Of a stretch of DNA of 64,000 bases, positions 1 to 9,148 are shown in pieces. Location of the stretch: NCBI GenBank assembly GCA_977018835.1, contig OZ361260.1:1426001-1490000 (forward strand), in the 5' to 3' direction. Under the pieces are notes generated by a model. It was given only the letters and a program-made list of their open reading frames with translations. It did no database searches and had not been told where the DNA came from. This stretch comes from Minutocellus sp. GHC0000111. Its lineage: Eukaryota. A program made the translations under genes and the position numbers. Every line of letters starts with the position of its first letter. The first letter of the stretch is position 1.

Positions 1-715
1 TTGATCCACTGAAATCTTTGATTGTAGTCTGCGGCGCGGCTGATCGATACGGTCTCGTGACCGGCGCTGCGCTGGGACCTCGCACGCACAATACGGGCAG
101 CGATAGACAAACCTACCCCATGACACTCAGATGGTAGTGAATGGAAGCAGGGCAGACATAGTTAAACCGAACCGCGGAAATCCATCAATTCGGTCGCGAG
201 ACCGACAACGTGAAGGGAGGGCGCGGCTCCAGCTTCACGCTCGTCGGGCGGTCTCTGCGATCCGTCTGCTGCTACAGCACATATTAAGGGTAGGTGCCCG
301 GGGCCTGGACGGAGTGACGTTTCCCTGTCCTGGCTCACGGGAGGTCCGATCGGGGTCAATGTAGTAGGTCGTCCGGGGGTGCGGTGCCAGCATCACTGCC
401 TAGCAGATCACACGAAGATAAGCCAGACTCGTCTTCTTTCCCATGCCCGTGTAAACTTTGGTAGTCTAATAGAATAGAAAAGAATAGAATGTAGCGATCT
501 CGGCCGGTCGGCCGGCAAAGGGAAAAATGGCGTGGATGCCAGCATTTTGATGGTGAGAACGAGAAGTGAAGCCACGCACTGCTCTCCCAACAGGAAATAA
601 TCAGGCCGTCGTGTTCATTACTGTGCGTGTAGCTTGGATTTGATCCACTGAAATCTTTGATTGTAGTCTGCGGCGCGGCTGATCGATACGGTCTCGTGAC
701 CGGCGCTGCGCTGGG
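1..715. repeat. 76-bp direct repeat (1-76 = 640-715); the first copy runs to the window edge
   Basis: TTGATCCACTGAAATC...CTGCGCTGGG is identical at both positions. Confidence 0.95.
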
Positions 716-744
716 TGACTGGGTGACCGGATAAATAAATAAAA

Positions 745-1917
745 ATGACGACTACGCCCCAATGCTCTCATCCGCTCAAGGGCATCGTCAACACCAACGA
801 CGACCCGAACCGCTGCGCCGTCTGCTCCAAGCTTGTCGGGAATCGACTTGATGGCTTCCTTCAGTATTGTTGCGGGACCATGATTTGCCACCGACGGTGT
901 GTTTTGGGAGGTTCTGGCGCTACGAGTAATTCGACTACTAGCACATGTACTCGTGACGACTCCGCTCCTTGCGCTCTGTGTCATGGAAATTCATACTCAA
1001 TCAAAATGCTCAAGAAGCACGCCAAGAGGGGCGGGCCCTGGGCTCAGTTTGCCTTGGCGTTGAAGTACGAAATTGGCACTTCGCTCGTCCTATCCTATGA
1101 AGACGCGCGGCTTTGGTACACAAAGGCTGCGAGGCAGAACCATCCCGATGCCCTGCACAACTTAGGCGTTCTCTATAAACTAGGCGTAGTTGGAGGTCGT
1201 GTCGATCTGGGTAAGGCACGAGATCTTATCCTTAGCGCGATGGATATTGATCCCGAAAGCAACAAGGCCTATGTGGAATCCCTTGTTAACGTAGCTGCAC
1301 ACTTTCTGGACGATGATGTGGGGGGTGTCAAGCCAGCTTTGGACATCCTTATCCCTTTGGCGGGAACGGATCCCGAGACTTCGGATGCTAGCAAATCAGC
1401 ACGATTTGGGATGGGATATGCGCTAGATTGTGAAGGCAAGATCGAAGCTGCATATGAGTGGTGTGTCTCCACCGTTGCTGCTTCTACTATGACAAACGAT
1501 GGTGTAGGTTTGATTGGCGAAAGTCTTTCGGCCACTTCGGCATTTAACGCGATGCTTTGATGTAGGGACGGCCAGCTTGGCCTCATGGTCCAGAAAATAT
1601 TCTGGGCTAAGCTTGCGAAACGTGTAAGCCTATCTGTGGGTCTTGATCCGAACCAACGCCTCACACGCATCCAGACGATTGTCGAAATTCTTCGTTCCGC
1701 ACGGAGGCTTCGGAATACTTGTGGAGGTTGCGGCGCCGAGTTCGAGGGCAAGGAGCGCAAATTTTGCCGTGGCTGTAAAACATTCTGCTACTGCAGCCGA
1801 GAGTGCCAGAAGATGCACTGGAATCGCAAGAAGGATGGTCACCGAGAGGATTGCAAGGGTGCAGTGGAACTGAAGCAACAGTTGAAGGAGGCCCGAAGGC
1901 AATCCAAGGCCTCATAG
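745..1917 (+). pseudogene. Zn-finger + Sel1-like repeats + C-terminal MYND finger protein, interrupted by an in-frame TGA at 1558-1560
   Basis: ORFs 745-1560 and 1585-1917 are in the same frame. Sel1-like AQFALALKY/ARLWYTKAARQNHPDALHNLG; MYND CGGC...CRGCKTFCYCSRECQKMHW...HREDC; paralog of 3556-4749. Confidence 0.8.
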
Positions 1918-2056
1918 ACTATTGCCGATACCTCAAATTTCATCCATGCCACAATATTCTCACAATGCTTTTTGGGTAATTATGTCAGCTCTAGCAGTTA
2001 GTTGAATTAGCTAGCTCCGTTTTTGCGATAACAGTAGATCTACTTCATTTTGTATT

Positions 2057-2665
2057 TTAAGCATACCACATGATAGCGTTACCGTCGTGACGACGCTCGG
2101 CCTCCAATGCGCTGGCCGTTTTGGCATAAATCCCTCCGAGTAGCGGCGTCATGTACACTCGCGTAACATATTCCTCTCTCGAATCACCACAAAGTTTGGA
2201 CCAGAGCTCCTTCTGTTCTGCCGATCCCTTCTCCTTCACTAGTTCGGTATATCGTTTTCTTGTTTTGAGCATGGAAGCCTTGTCATTCTCTGCCGTTGGA
2301 GGCTTGGGCTTTTGCTTTTTGCCCTCCTCTTCAATCGCATCCCGTAGGTCTCGTGCATACGAGTAAAGTGGCTCCTTCTTGGCCAGTGCCAAAAAGTGAT
2401 CAAACAAATGATTGTTTTCCTGCATCATATTCCTGGGATGGAATTGCGGTATTTCGTCATCACTCATTGATCCGACAATGGCCGATTTCGCCAGGGCATC
2501 CTCCACCTTCTCCTTGCACACGCGTTTGTGTTGCTTCCAGTCCGCTTTTTGACATTCCCTGCTGCAGTACCACGACGACTGACACTGAACACACTTATTT
2601 GGGCCAGGCCTCATCCGACATCCGTCGCATGGACGTTCGAGGGATATGGTGTTGCTGGATGGCAT
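2057..2665 (-). CDS. N-terminal MYND zinc-finger protein
   Basis: CDGC...CVQCQSSWYCSRECQKADWKQHKRVC. Confidence 0.8.
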   Translation of the reverse strand: MPSSNTISLERPCDGCRMRPGPNKCVQCQSSWYCSRECQKADWKQHKRVCKEKVEDALAKSAIVGSMSDDEIPQFHPRNMMQENNHLFDHFLALAKKEPLYSYARDLRDAIEEEGKKQKPKPPTAENDKASMLKTRKRYTELVKEKGSAEQKELWSKLCGDSREEYVTRVYMTPLLGGIYAKTASALEAERRHDGNAIMWYA

Positions 2666-2786
2666 TATGTTCGATATCTGATCTGCGATTTCAGATAAGA
2701 TTGGATATCAATCAGTACTTTGATGCAACAGATCCTACGTAGCTAGATGGCTAGATGGCGATGCTTCTCGCTTGGCCACTTGCTAG

Positions 2787-3125
2787 CTAGGGTGCCTCGC
2801 CAGTCAGGCAGATGCAGCAGCAAAAGCAGCAACAGCTGAAGCAATGTCCAATACAATCGTCGAGGAGCACCTGTTTGGTGGTAGCGGCGGTTGTTGGTCG
2901 GCTGGCCGCTGGAATCGGCAGAGATATCGTGTGCTTCTTCTTTACAGGATCGGCAGCTGATCCACTTGCCGATGCTGAATTTTCTTCTTGAATTGTTTCC
3001 CTTTCAATTTTATTGGCCGATGGAGAGTGTACCGACGATGCTGGTTGGTCTTCCTTGGTCTCGATCTCGATCTCGGTTGTCTTGGAGGTTGGTTCAGATT
3101 CCGGGGGGTCGTCTTTGATGGTCAT
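2787..3125 (-). CDS. Small protein with a Cys-rich C-terminal tail (CYSTM-like, putatively palmitoylated)
   Basis: Low-complexity hydrophilic N-terminus followed by DDCIGHCFSCCCFCCCICL. Confidence 0.55.
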   Translation of the reverse strand: MTIKDDPPESEPTSKTTEIEIETKEDQPASSVHSPSANKIERETIQEENSASASGSAADPVKKKHTISLPIPAASRPTTAATTKQVLLDDCIGHCFSCCCFCCCICLTGEAP

Positions 3126-3555
3126 TTGATTCCAAAGGCTCCAAAGGCAGCAGAATCACGCTGGCCCGGCAACTTTGCACATTCGAATGACCTTCGCGAG
3201 CGGAGAATGTTGCTCGAATGCACTGCCGAACGACTGGGCAACACTCAAATAACCGGCCGATGTGGCCATCTTTCTCATCCGACTGCATGATGAAGTTAAA
3301 GTTGGCTCTGCCACGTCATATTACATCAAACAGAAACGATGCAAGATACCGAACTTCCGAACTTCGCTCCTTCTTGGCCGACTTGTTTCATTGTTTGCAA
3401 CGGAGCCGGCCGACGTTGGCAACGATCGACCTCCACCATACCAGATTGCTTTAATTATCGCTTTGTTTGATTTTGCCTCGGCGCCTTCTGCAGCCAACGC
3501 GTCTCTCTATTCCCCGCACCGAGTAACTGCTGGTCTGCAGGTTCAACCAAAAAAA

Positions 3556-4749
3556 ATGACGACGTCCAACAATCCTCGTACTCCTCATCCGCTCAAAGGC
3601 ATCGTGAATACGAACGACGACCCGACTCGATGCGCTATGTGTCAACTGTGCATCGATTGGTACGATAAAGATGAGAGCACCATTCTCACCTGTTGTGGCA
3701 AGACGCTTTGTGACGCATGCACGGACCAGATGGTGTCCTTTTGGCGGAGTGCCGCTCGGGGGCCTGTTCACTGCAGTCTCTGCCGAGCTCCCGTCTCTAA
3801 CAACAGCCCAAAGGATAACGTCAGCAGACTGAAAAAACACGCAAAGAAAGGACAGCCCTGGGCGCAGTTTGAGCTTGCGCGCGCTTACACTCGTGAAAAG
3901 TCGATCTTCGAAAGTAAGCGCTGGTTGGAAAAAGCCGCCAAGCTGAATCATCCCGGTGCTATTTATCGCTTTGGAACGATGCATCTATGTGGAGATCAAG
4001 ATTTCGGGTGTGACATTGACGTCTCGAAAGCGCGGGGCGTTTTTGATCATTTGTTGTCTCATTCTTGGGCTAGTAGCAGTCCCTTTTTCACGGAGGGTTG
4101 CCATCTCGGTTTGGTCACAATCGGGATAGAGATTATTGAAAGGGCGATCGCAAATGAGGACCCGAGAGGGTTTGAGACTGCGATTGCGATTTTGGACCCC
4201 ATCGCAACGGTAGAGCAGGCAAAGAAGAGAGACGCAGTCGATGCTCAATACCAGCTCGGACGTGCTCACGCCTATACTGGAAATATGGCCCTTGCAAAAT
4301 CTTGGTGCGTGTCCTCGTTCTTCTGTAAACTGGGAGACCCTGAATGTAGTGCCAATACAGGTGCTCCTGCTGTTGGAGCACTGATTTGCTGCAAAAGAAT
4401 GGAATTATGGGCCCAAGTCAAGGTCTGGTATGATGTTGCCAAGGCCATCCCTCTTCTGCCAACTCTATCAAATGACGAACGCGGCAAACGAGTGATGCAA
4501 CTTGTTCAAGCCAAACGTTATCTCAGAAAGATTAGAGGTTATTGTGGCTTTTGCAGATCATTATTTTCGACAACGACCGAGCGCAAACTCTGCCGCGGTT
4601 GTCATGCACTCTGCTACTGTAGCCGAGAGTGCCAGAAGAAGCACTGGAATCGAAAGGAGAACAGCCACAGAGAGGATTGCAAGGCGGCCATGGTCCTCAA
4701 GGTAACATTGAAGAGTGCGAGGTTGAAGGCTGCTGCCATTGAAGAGTGA
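3556..4749 (+). CDS. RING-like finger + Sel1-like repeats + MYND finger protein
   Basis: ATG at 3556 (MTTSNNPRTPHPLKGIVNTNDDP, matching the 745 paralog); CCGKTLCDAC...CSLCR; MYND CRGCHALCYCSRECQKKHW. Confidence 0.85.
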   Translation: MTTSNNPRTPHPLKGIVNTNDDPTRCAMCQLCIDWYDKDESTILTCCGKTLCDACTDQMVSFWRSAARGPVHCSLCRAPVSNNSPKDNVSRLKKHAKKGQPWAQFELARAYTREKSIFESKRWLEKAAKLNHPGAIYRFGTMHLCGDQDFGCDIDVSKARGVFDHLLSHSWASSSPFFTEGCHLGLVTIGIEIIERAIANEDPRGFETAIAILDPIATVEQAKKRDAVDAQYQLGRAHAYTGNMALAKSWCVSSFFCKLGDPECSANTGAPAVGALICCKRMELWAQVKVWYDVAKAIPLLPTLSNDERGKRVMQLVQAKRYLRKIRGYCGFCRSLFSTTTERKLCRGCHALCYCSRECQKKHWNRKENSHREDCKAAMVLKVTLKSARLKAAAIEE

Positions 4750-4820
4750 TAAGTAAAATCAGATGTCAACAAATCATAACATTGTTCAGATAGACATTGT
4801 TCATCCTAGTATTAGTTGCT

Positions 4821-6302
4821 TCACCTACCACCAACACCAAGAAGCTTCACGGTAAAGACCAACGTGGAATTCTTGGGAATCATTGCGTTGCCCTTTTTTC
4901 CATATCCCATGGCCGGAGGGATGGTAATGATGCGCTCCCCACCGACCTTCATGCCCTCCATACCCTTGTCCAATCCCTTGATCACCTCACCGGTACCAGG
5001 ACGGAAGTTCAAGGGGCTGGTCTTGGACTTGTTCTTGTCGAACACACTGCCATCGGAGGCCAGAGATCCCTCGTAGTTGATGGACACCTTGCGTCCGGGC
5101 TTGACGGACTGGCCGACGCCGATGACGATATCGCGGACGGTAACGCCACCCTCGATGCGCCGTTCGCGGGTGAGCGATTTGGTCGGCACTTCCTCCTTTT
5201 CCTTGTCCTTCTTTTTCTTCTTCTTCTTGCTTTTCTTACCATCCTCGCCATCCTCGGCCTTCTTGGCATCGTGCCCCTGCTAATTGGCGACGGCATCGGC
5301 CAACTCCTGTGCCTTCTTCTCGGCAAGCTTTTTGCGCTGCTTCTTGGACATGGGCTTGGCCTCCTCTTCATTCTTCCCATTCTTGTCCACACTCATCTTC
5401 CGCTTCTTGGGCTTGGTATTCTTGTCTTTGTCGTCATCTCCATCGCTTCCCTCCATCTGGGCGTCATCATCGTTGTCGGCCGCCTCCTTCTCCAACTCGG
5501 CCCGCTCATCCTCCATAAGCTGGCGCATCAAATCCCTCTCCTCGTCGTCGAGGGGCACGCCCCAGTACTTCTCCTCCTCGAAGTACTCTCCGTCCTCTTC
5601 CTCCATCATGGCATCGTACACATCGACGTCGCTGCCGACGTCCACGTCCTCCACGTCGGAGTCATCGTCATCAAGCCCATACGACACAATCTGATCATCC
5701 AGCACGACGCTACCAAACACATTGATCGAGCGAAGGGCCGAAGAGCGGCACTTGACGCCCAAGCTGAGGCTGGTGGGCCCGCTGATGGAAAGGCCGAGGT
5801 TGGTGATGGTCCGGGAATCGCCGGCGCGGTAGTCCCACAGGGCCACGGTGGCGTCGGTCGCCGGGCCGCCGTTGTCCTCGTCGTCCGGATACGGCGTCTC
5901 GGTGACGTCCCCGGGGGTGTTGATGGTCAGCACGGCCTTTTTGACGGAGGAGGATTGTTTGGGCTCCTCCTCGTCGTCGGAGGAGGACTCGTCCTCATCT
6001 TCGTCCTCGTCATCTGCCTCGACAATGGTCGCCGAAGCAATGTGCAACCGAGCACCGGCCGTGAGGGCAATCTTGGCAGCGATGCAACCGGGCCGAACGT
6101 CAAAGGCGAACGCCGAACCGAGGGGATAGTCGCGCAGACGGTAGCGATCCAAGCTGGCCGTGGTTGGCTGGAGGGCACGTACTCCGATAAATCCCGATGA
6201 GGACGAGGAAGAGGCGGTGGTGGATTCATCGTCGTCGTGCGACGATGCGTAGGAGGAGTCTTCGTTTTCGGAGCTCATGCTTTCTGAATGTGAATAATGC
6301 AA
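4821..6302 (-). pseudogene. Nucleoplasmin-like/acidic FKBP-type PPIase (FKBP53/Fpr3-Fpr4-like) with an in-frame TAG at 5280-5282
   Basis: N-terminal domain, acidic and Lys-rich tracts, then an FKBP domain (VFDKN...GEVIKGLDKGMEGMKVGGERIITIPPAMGYG...IPKNSTLVF); the reading frame continues across the TAG. Confidence 0.8.
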
Positions 6303-6688
6303 TGTTCTCTCTCGGGAATTGGATGGTATAATAGGAGTTGACTACCGGTGCGACTTTGAGGAGGGATGCCGACCGTTCATCAGCATCACAGTGGCTGCAG
6401 ACTGCAGAATCTGCTCTGCAGATGCTTTGTGCAGAAAATTTGCGGCTGTGACGCTTCGAGCCTCAGACGACAAATTCCGAATGCTAAAGATCAAGGTAGC
6501 TCGAACCAAGTGGGCAGAACGTATCAGAACGAATGATGAAGAAGTGATGATGCAGTAGGAAGCGAAGCAACGTGAAGAATGCCTGCGGCGTGCTTGCCTT
6601 ACTACGCAACCAGTATAACGATGGTTGCAGTCGCTGCTGATGGTGATGTTCCTCGTGTTCAAACTTCTACAGTCATCAAACCAGCACA

Positions 6689-8491
6689 ATGAATTCTTCT
6701 CCATCACCGACCAGAAGCAGCACGTGCTCCCCCGTAACGCCCAGGCTGCCCTACCTCGACGGCCTTCGGGGTCTTCTCTGCCTCGTCGTGGTGGTGCATC
6801 ACTACCAGTGCGGATTCGACCCCTGCTGTGTCTTTGGCCCGAGTGCCGAATGGATTGCCGACCCGGCGATCTGCGAGGGTAATTATAACTACTACTCGGA
6901 TTCCATTGCACGACAGCTCTGGCAGATATTGGTTGCACCAATATCCAATGGACCGTTTGCGGTTGCCACCTTCTTCGTCATGTCGGGATGTGCCCTATCT
7001 CTAAGCTTGATGCCCCGGCGTGATCATCATGGTGATGATCAGACCACGACAACATCCAACAATGACGACCGGTGGAGGCTGGCCGTGGTGAAACGTTTCT
7101 TTCGGTTGGCCCTGCCATGCGGTGCGGCCATGATATTTGCCTACCTCTTGGGCTGGGACGCCGATGATTCGGTTGGCAGATCCCTGCGATTCCACGAACG
7201 CGCGGCAATTGCGACCCAATCCAGATGGTTGTACGACTTTGGCACTCGAAGGCCGCCGTCCATCGTTGGGTTGGTCCCTCACACGCTGTTGGGCATTTGG
7301 CACGGGTCGTCCATGCTCAACAATGCCATCTGGACGATGAAGTTCGAGCTCATGGGTTCGTATCTGGTATTTCTTCTCGTGGCTGTACTGAACGGAGTTC
7401 CATCGGCACGGCGACGCCAGCAGATTCTAGCCGTGCTTGGTATTGCCCTTCTTTTGCCAAGTCCATCCGTCAGCAATTCTGTGGAGGTGCACATCGAATT
7501 CGAATCCAAGGTGGATGCTGCGATCAATGGCACAGCCACGATCAATCTAGGCACCCACTTTCATTTACTGGAATCGCTGAAAGCTTCGGGGAAATTGAAT
7601 GATATGGTGTATGAACGGCAAGAGCTAGAGGGTTGGTATTTGATTGACCAACCAAATGAAGCAACGGACAGGAAATCATCAACAATAGGTATTGGCGAGG
7701 AAATGGAGGAGGAAGAGGATGAGATGAAGCCACTTGCAATCGACAGCTCAGATTTACTAAAGCTTGTTGGTGGAAGTTTGGCGTCGAAGCTAATGCATTC
7801 CGATGATATATTGGTACATTCGTCAAAGGTCGTAAAGAGGTCAAGGTGGTCTTCATCGAAGCCCTATGCATGGTACGCAAGCTTTGTCGCTGGTCTCTTC
7901 CTTGCTGATCGTGTTACTCTTATTGGCAGTAGTCCCCTACTGAAGGCCACTCCGATGGGCGCCCACAAGTATGTTCCACTCTATGCTCTTACCTACCTCT
8001 GCGCCAGCTATCCACTCAAGCAGGGGGGCCTTGTTGCTGACCAAAATATCATCTGGTCTACGATGGGAACCATGTCTGGTTTCTTTGGCCTGGACGCGTC
8101 TCTGTTTTATCACACGCTTGGGGCAACCATGCTGGTTTGGATACTCACATTTCAATCTCGACGTGGACGGAGCATTCTTGCGTCAGGACCTTTGCTTTAC
8201 GTCGGGAAGATATCGTTTGCATTGTATTTGACCCGCATACCAATCCTGTACTCTTTAACGAGTGCTTTGTACGTTTGGCTCAAGGGAGGAAAGCAATGGG
8301 GAAACTCTGCGGGCATGTTAGCATTTGGTCTTTCGGTGCCTGTTCTCTTACTGGTCGCTGCCATATTTGAGAAGTACGTTGATCGACCTTCGATACGGAA
8401 GAGCAATGCTATTGGAAAAAGCAATCTTTGGAGTCAAGCCAAGTCAATCGTCGTCCTTTTCGGGGCGAGAGGGTGTGTGAAGAGTGAGTGA
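6689..8491 (+). CDS. Acyltransferase 3 (OafA-like) membrane O-acyltransferase
   Basis: LPYLDGLRGL, FFVMSG, RFFRL, WTMKFE, VGKISFALYL, EKYVDRPS motifs; many TM segments. Confidence 0.85.
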   Translation: MNSSPSPTRSSTCSPVTPRLPYLDGLRGLLCLVVVVHHYQCGFDPCCVFGPSAEWIADPAICEGNYNYYSDSIARQLWQILVAPISNGPFAVATFFVMSGCALSLSLMPRRDHHGDDQTTTTSNNDDRWRLAVVKRFFRLALPCGAAMIFAYLLGWDADDSVGRSLRFHERAAIATQSRWLYDFGTRRPPSIVGLVPHTLLGIWHGSSMLNNAIWTMKFELMGSYLVFLLVAVLNGVPSARRRQQILAVLGIALLLPSPSVSNSVEVHIEFESKVDAAINGTATINLGTHFHLLESLKASGKLNDMVYERQELEGWYLIDQPNEATDRKSSTIGIGEEMEEEEDEMKPLAIDSSDLLKLVGGSLASKLMHSDDILVHSSKVVKRSRWSSSKPYAWYASFVAGLFLADRVTLIGSSPLLKATPMGAHKYVPLYALTYLCASYPLKQGGLVADQNIIWSTMGTMSGFFGLDASLFYHTLGATMLVWILTFQSRRGRSILASGPLLYVGKISFALYLTRIPILYSLTSALYVWLKGGKQWGNSAGMLAFGLSVPVLLLVAAIFEKYVDRPSIRKSNAIGKSNLWSQAKSIVVLFGARGCVKSE

Positions 8492-8678
8492 TAACTAACA
8501 CGAAACGAAAGTGAGAAAATACCTTTGATACCAGCAATGCCTGAGAGGCTGGTATTTGTACCGGCACATAGAAAGTGCTTCTACATGTAAAATTGTACCG
8601 TAGGTTGCGCATAGTCTACATGTAACTTGAATCAGTTTACCGGTACCGGTACAGTCAATCAAGCATTCCCTTTTTTTA

Positions 8679-8811
8679 TATTCATTCATTACCCCTTTTT
8701 CAGGATCGGTGTGTATTTCTTGTAGCCCGAGGTAATCTTTTCGATTGTCTCGTCGTCTGATTTGATATCATACGCCTGAGCTTCATGTTTTTGTCCAATT
8801 GTGGGATGGTC
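8679..8811 (-). pseudogene. Degenerate duplicate of the 3' end of the aldo-keto reductase gene
   Basis: Reads TIPQLDKNMK/AYDIKSDDETIEKITS.YKKYT with frameshifts; aligns with ~11624-11745. Confidence 0.75.
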
Positions 8812-9148
8812 TTGTATCGGTAAACCCCACGGAGAGCAGCTACGTACATGTAGCTCGTGGTAAAACCGGCTCGTGGCCTCTCGATCTCGGCCTCGCGTGG
8901 CTGGCTGCTGCCTGTCCGTCGTCCCTCAACCCATACACACTCAATTTGCTTCCAAAACTGCACAGAGCCTCACGCTGCAGAGGAACCCGGATTTATCGAG
9001 AGCCAACAAAAATTTTCTTTTGGAAGCGCCTCTGCTGCTTGCGTGCGTAGCTCTTGCCCTTGCTTTCTCGCCCCAACTTTCTCGAACGCATGCACTCTGT
9101 TTCTCTCGTGGCCACACATTTTTATACATAATATTAAAGAGATACAGT

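Noticed and set aside
4797..6200. 467-aa plus-strand ORF
   Set aside because: Antisense shadow of the FKBP gene.
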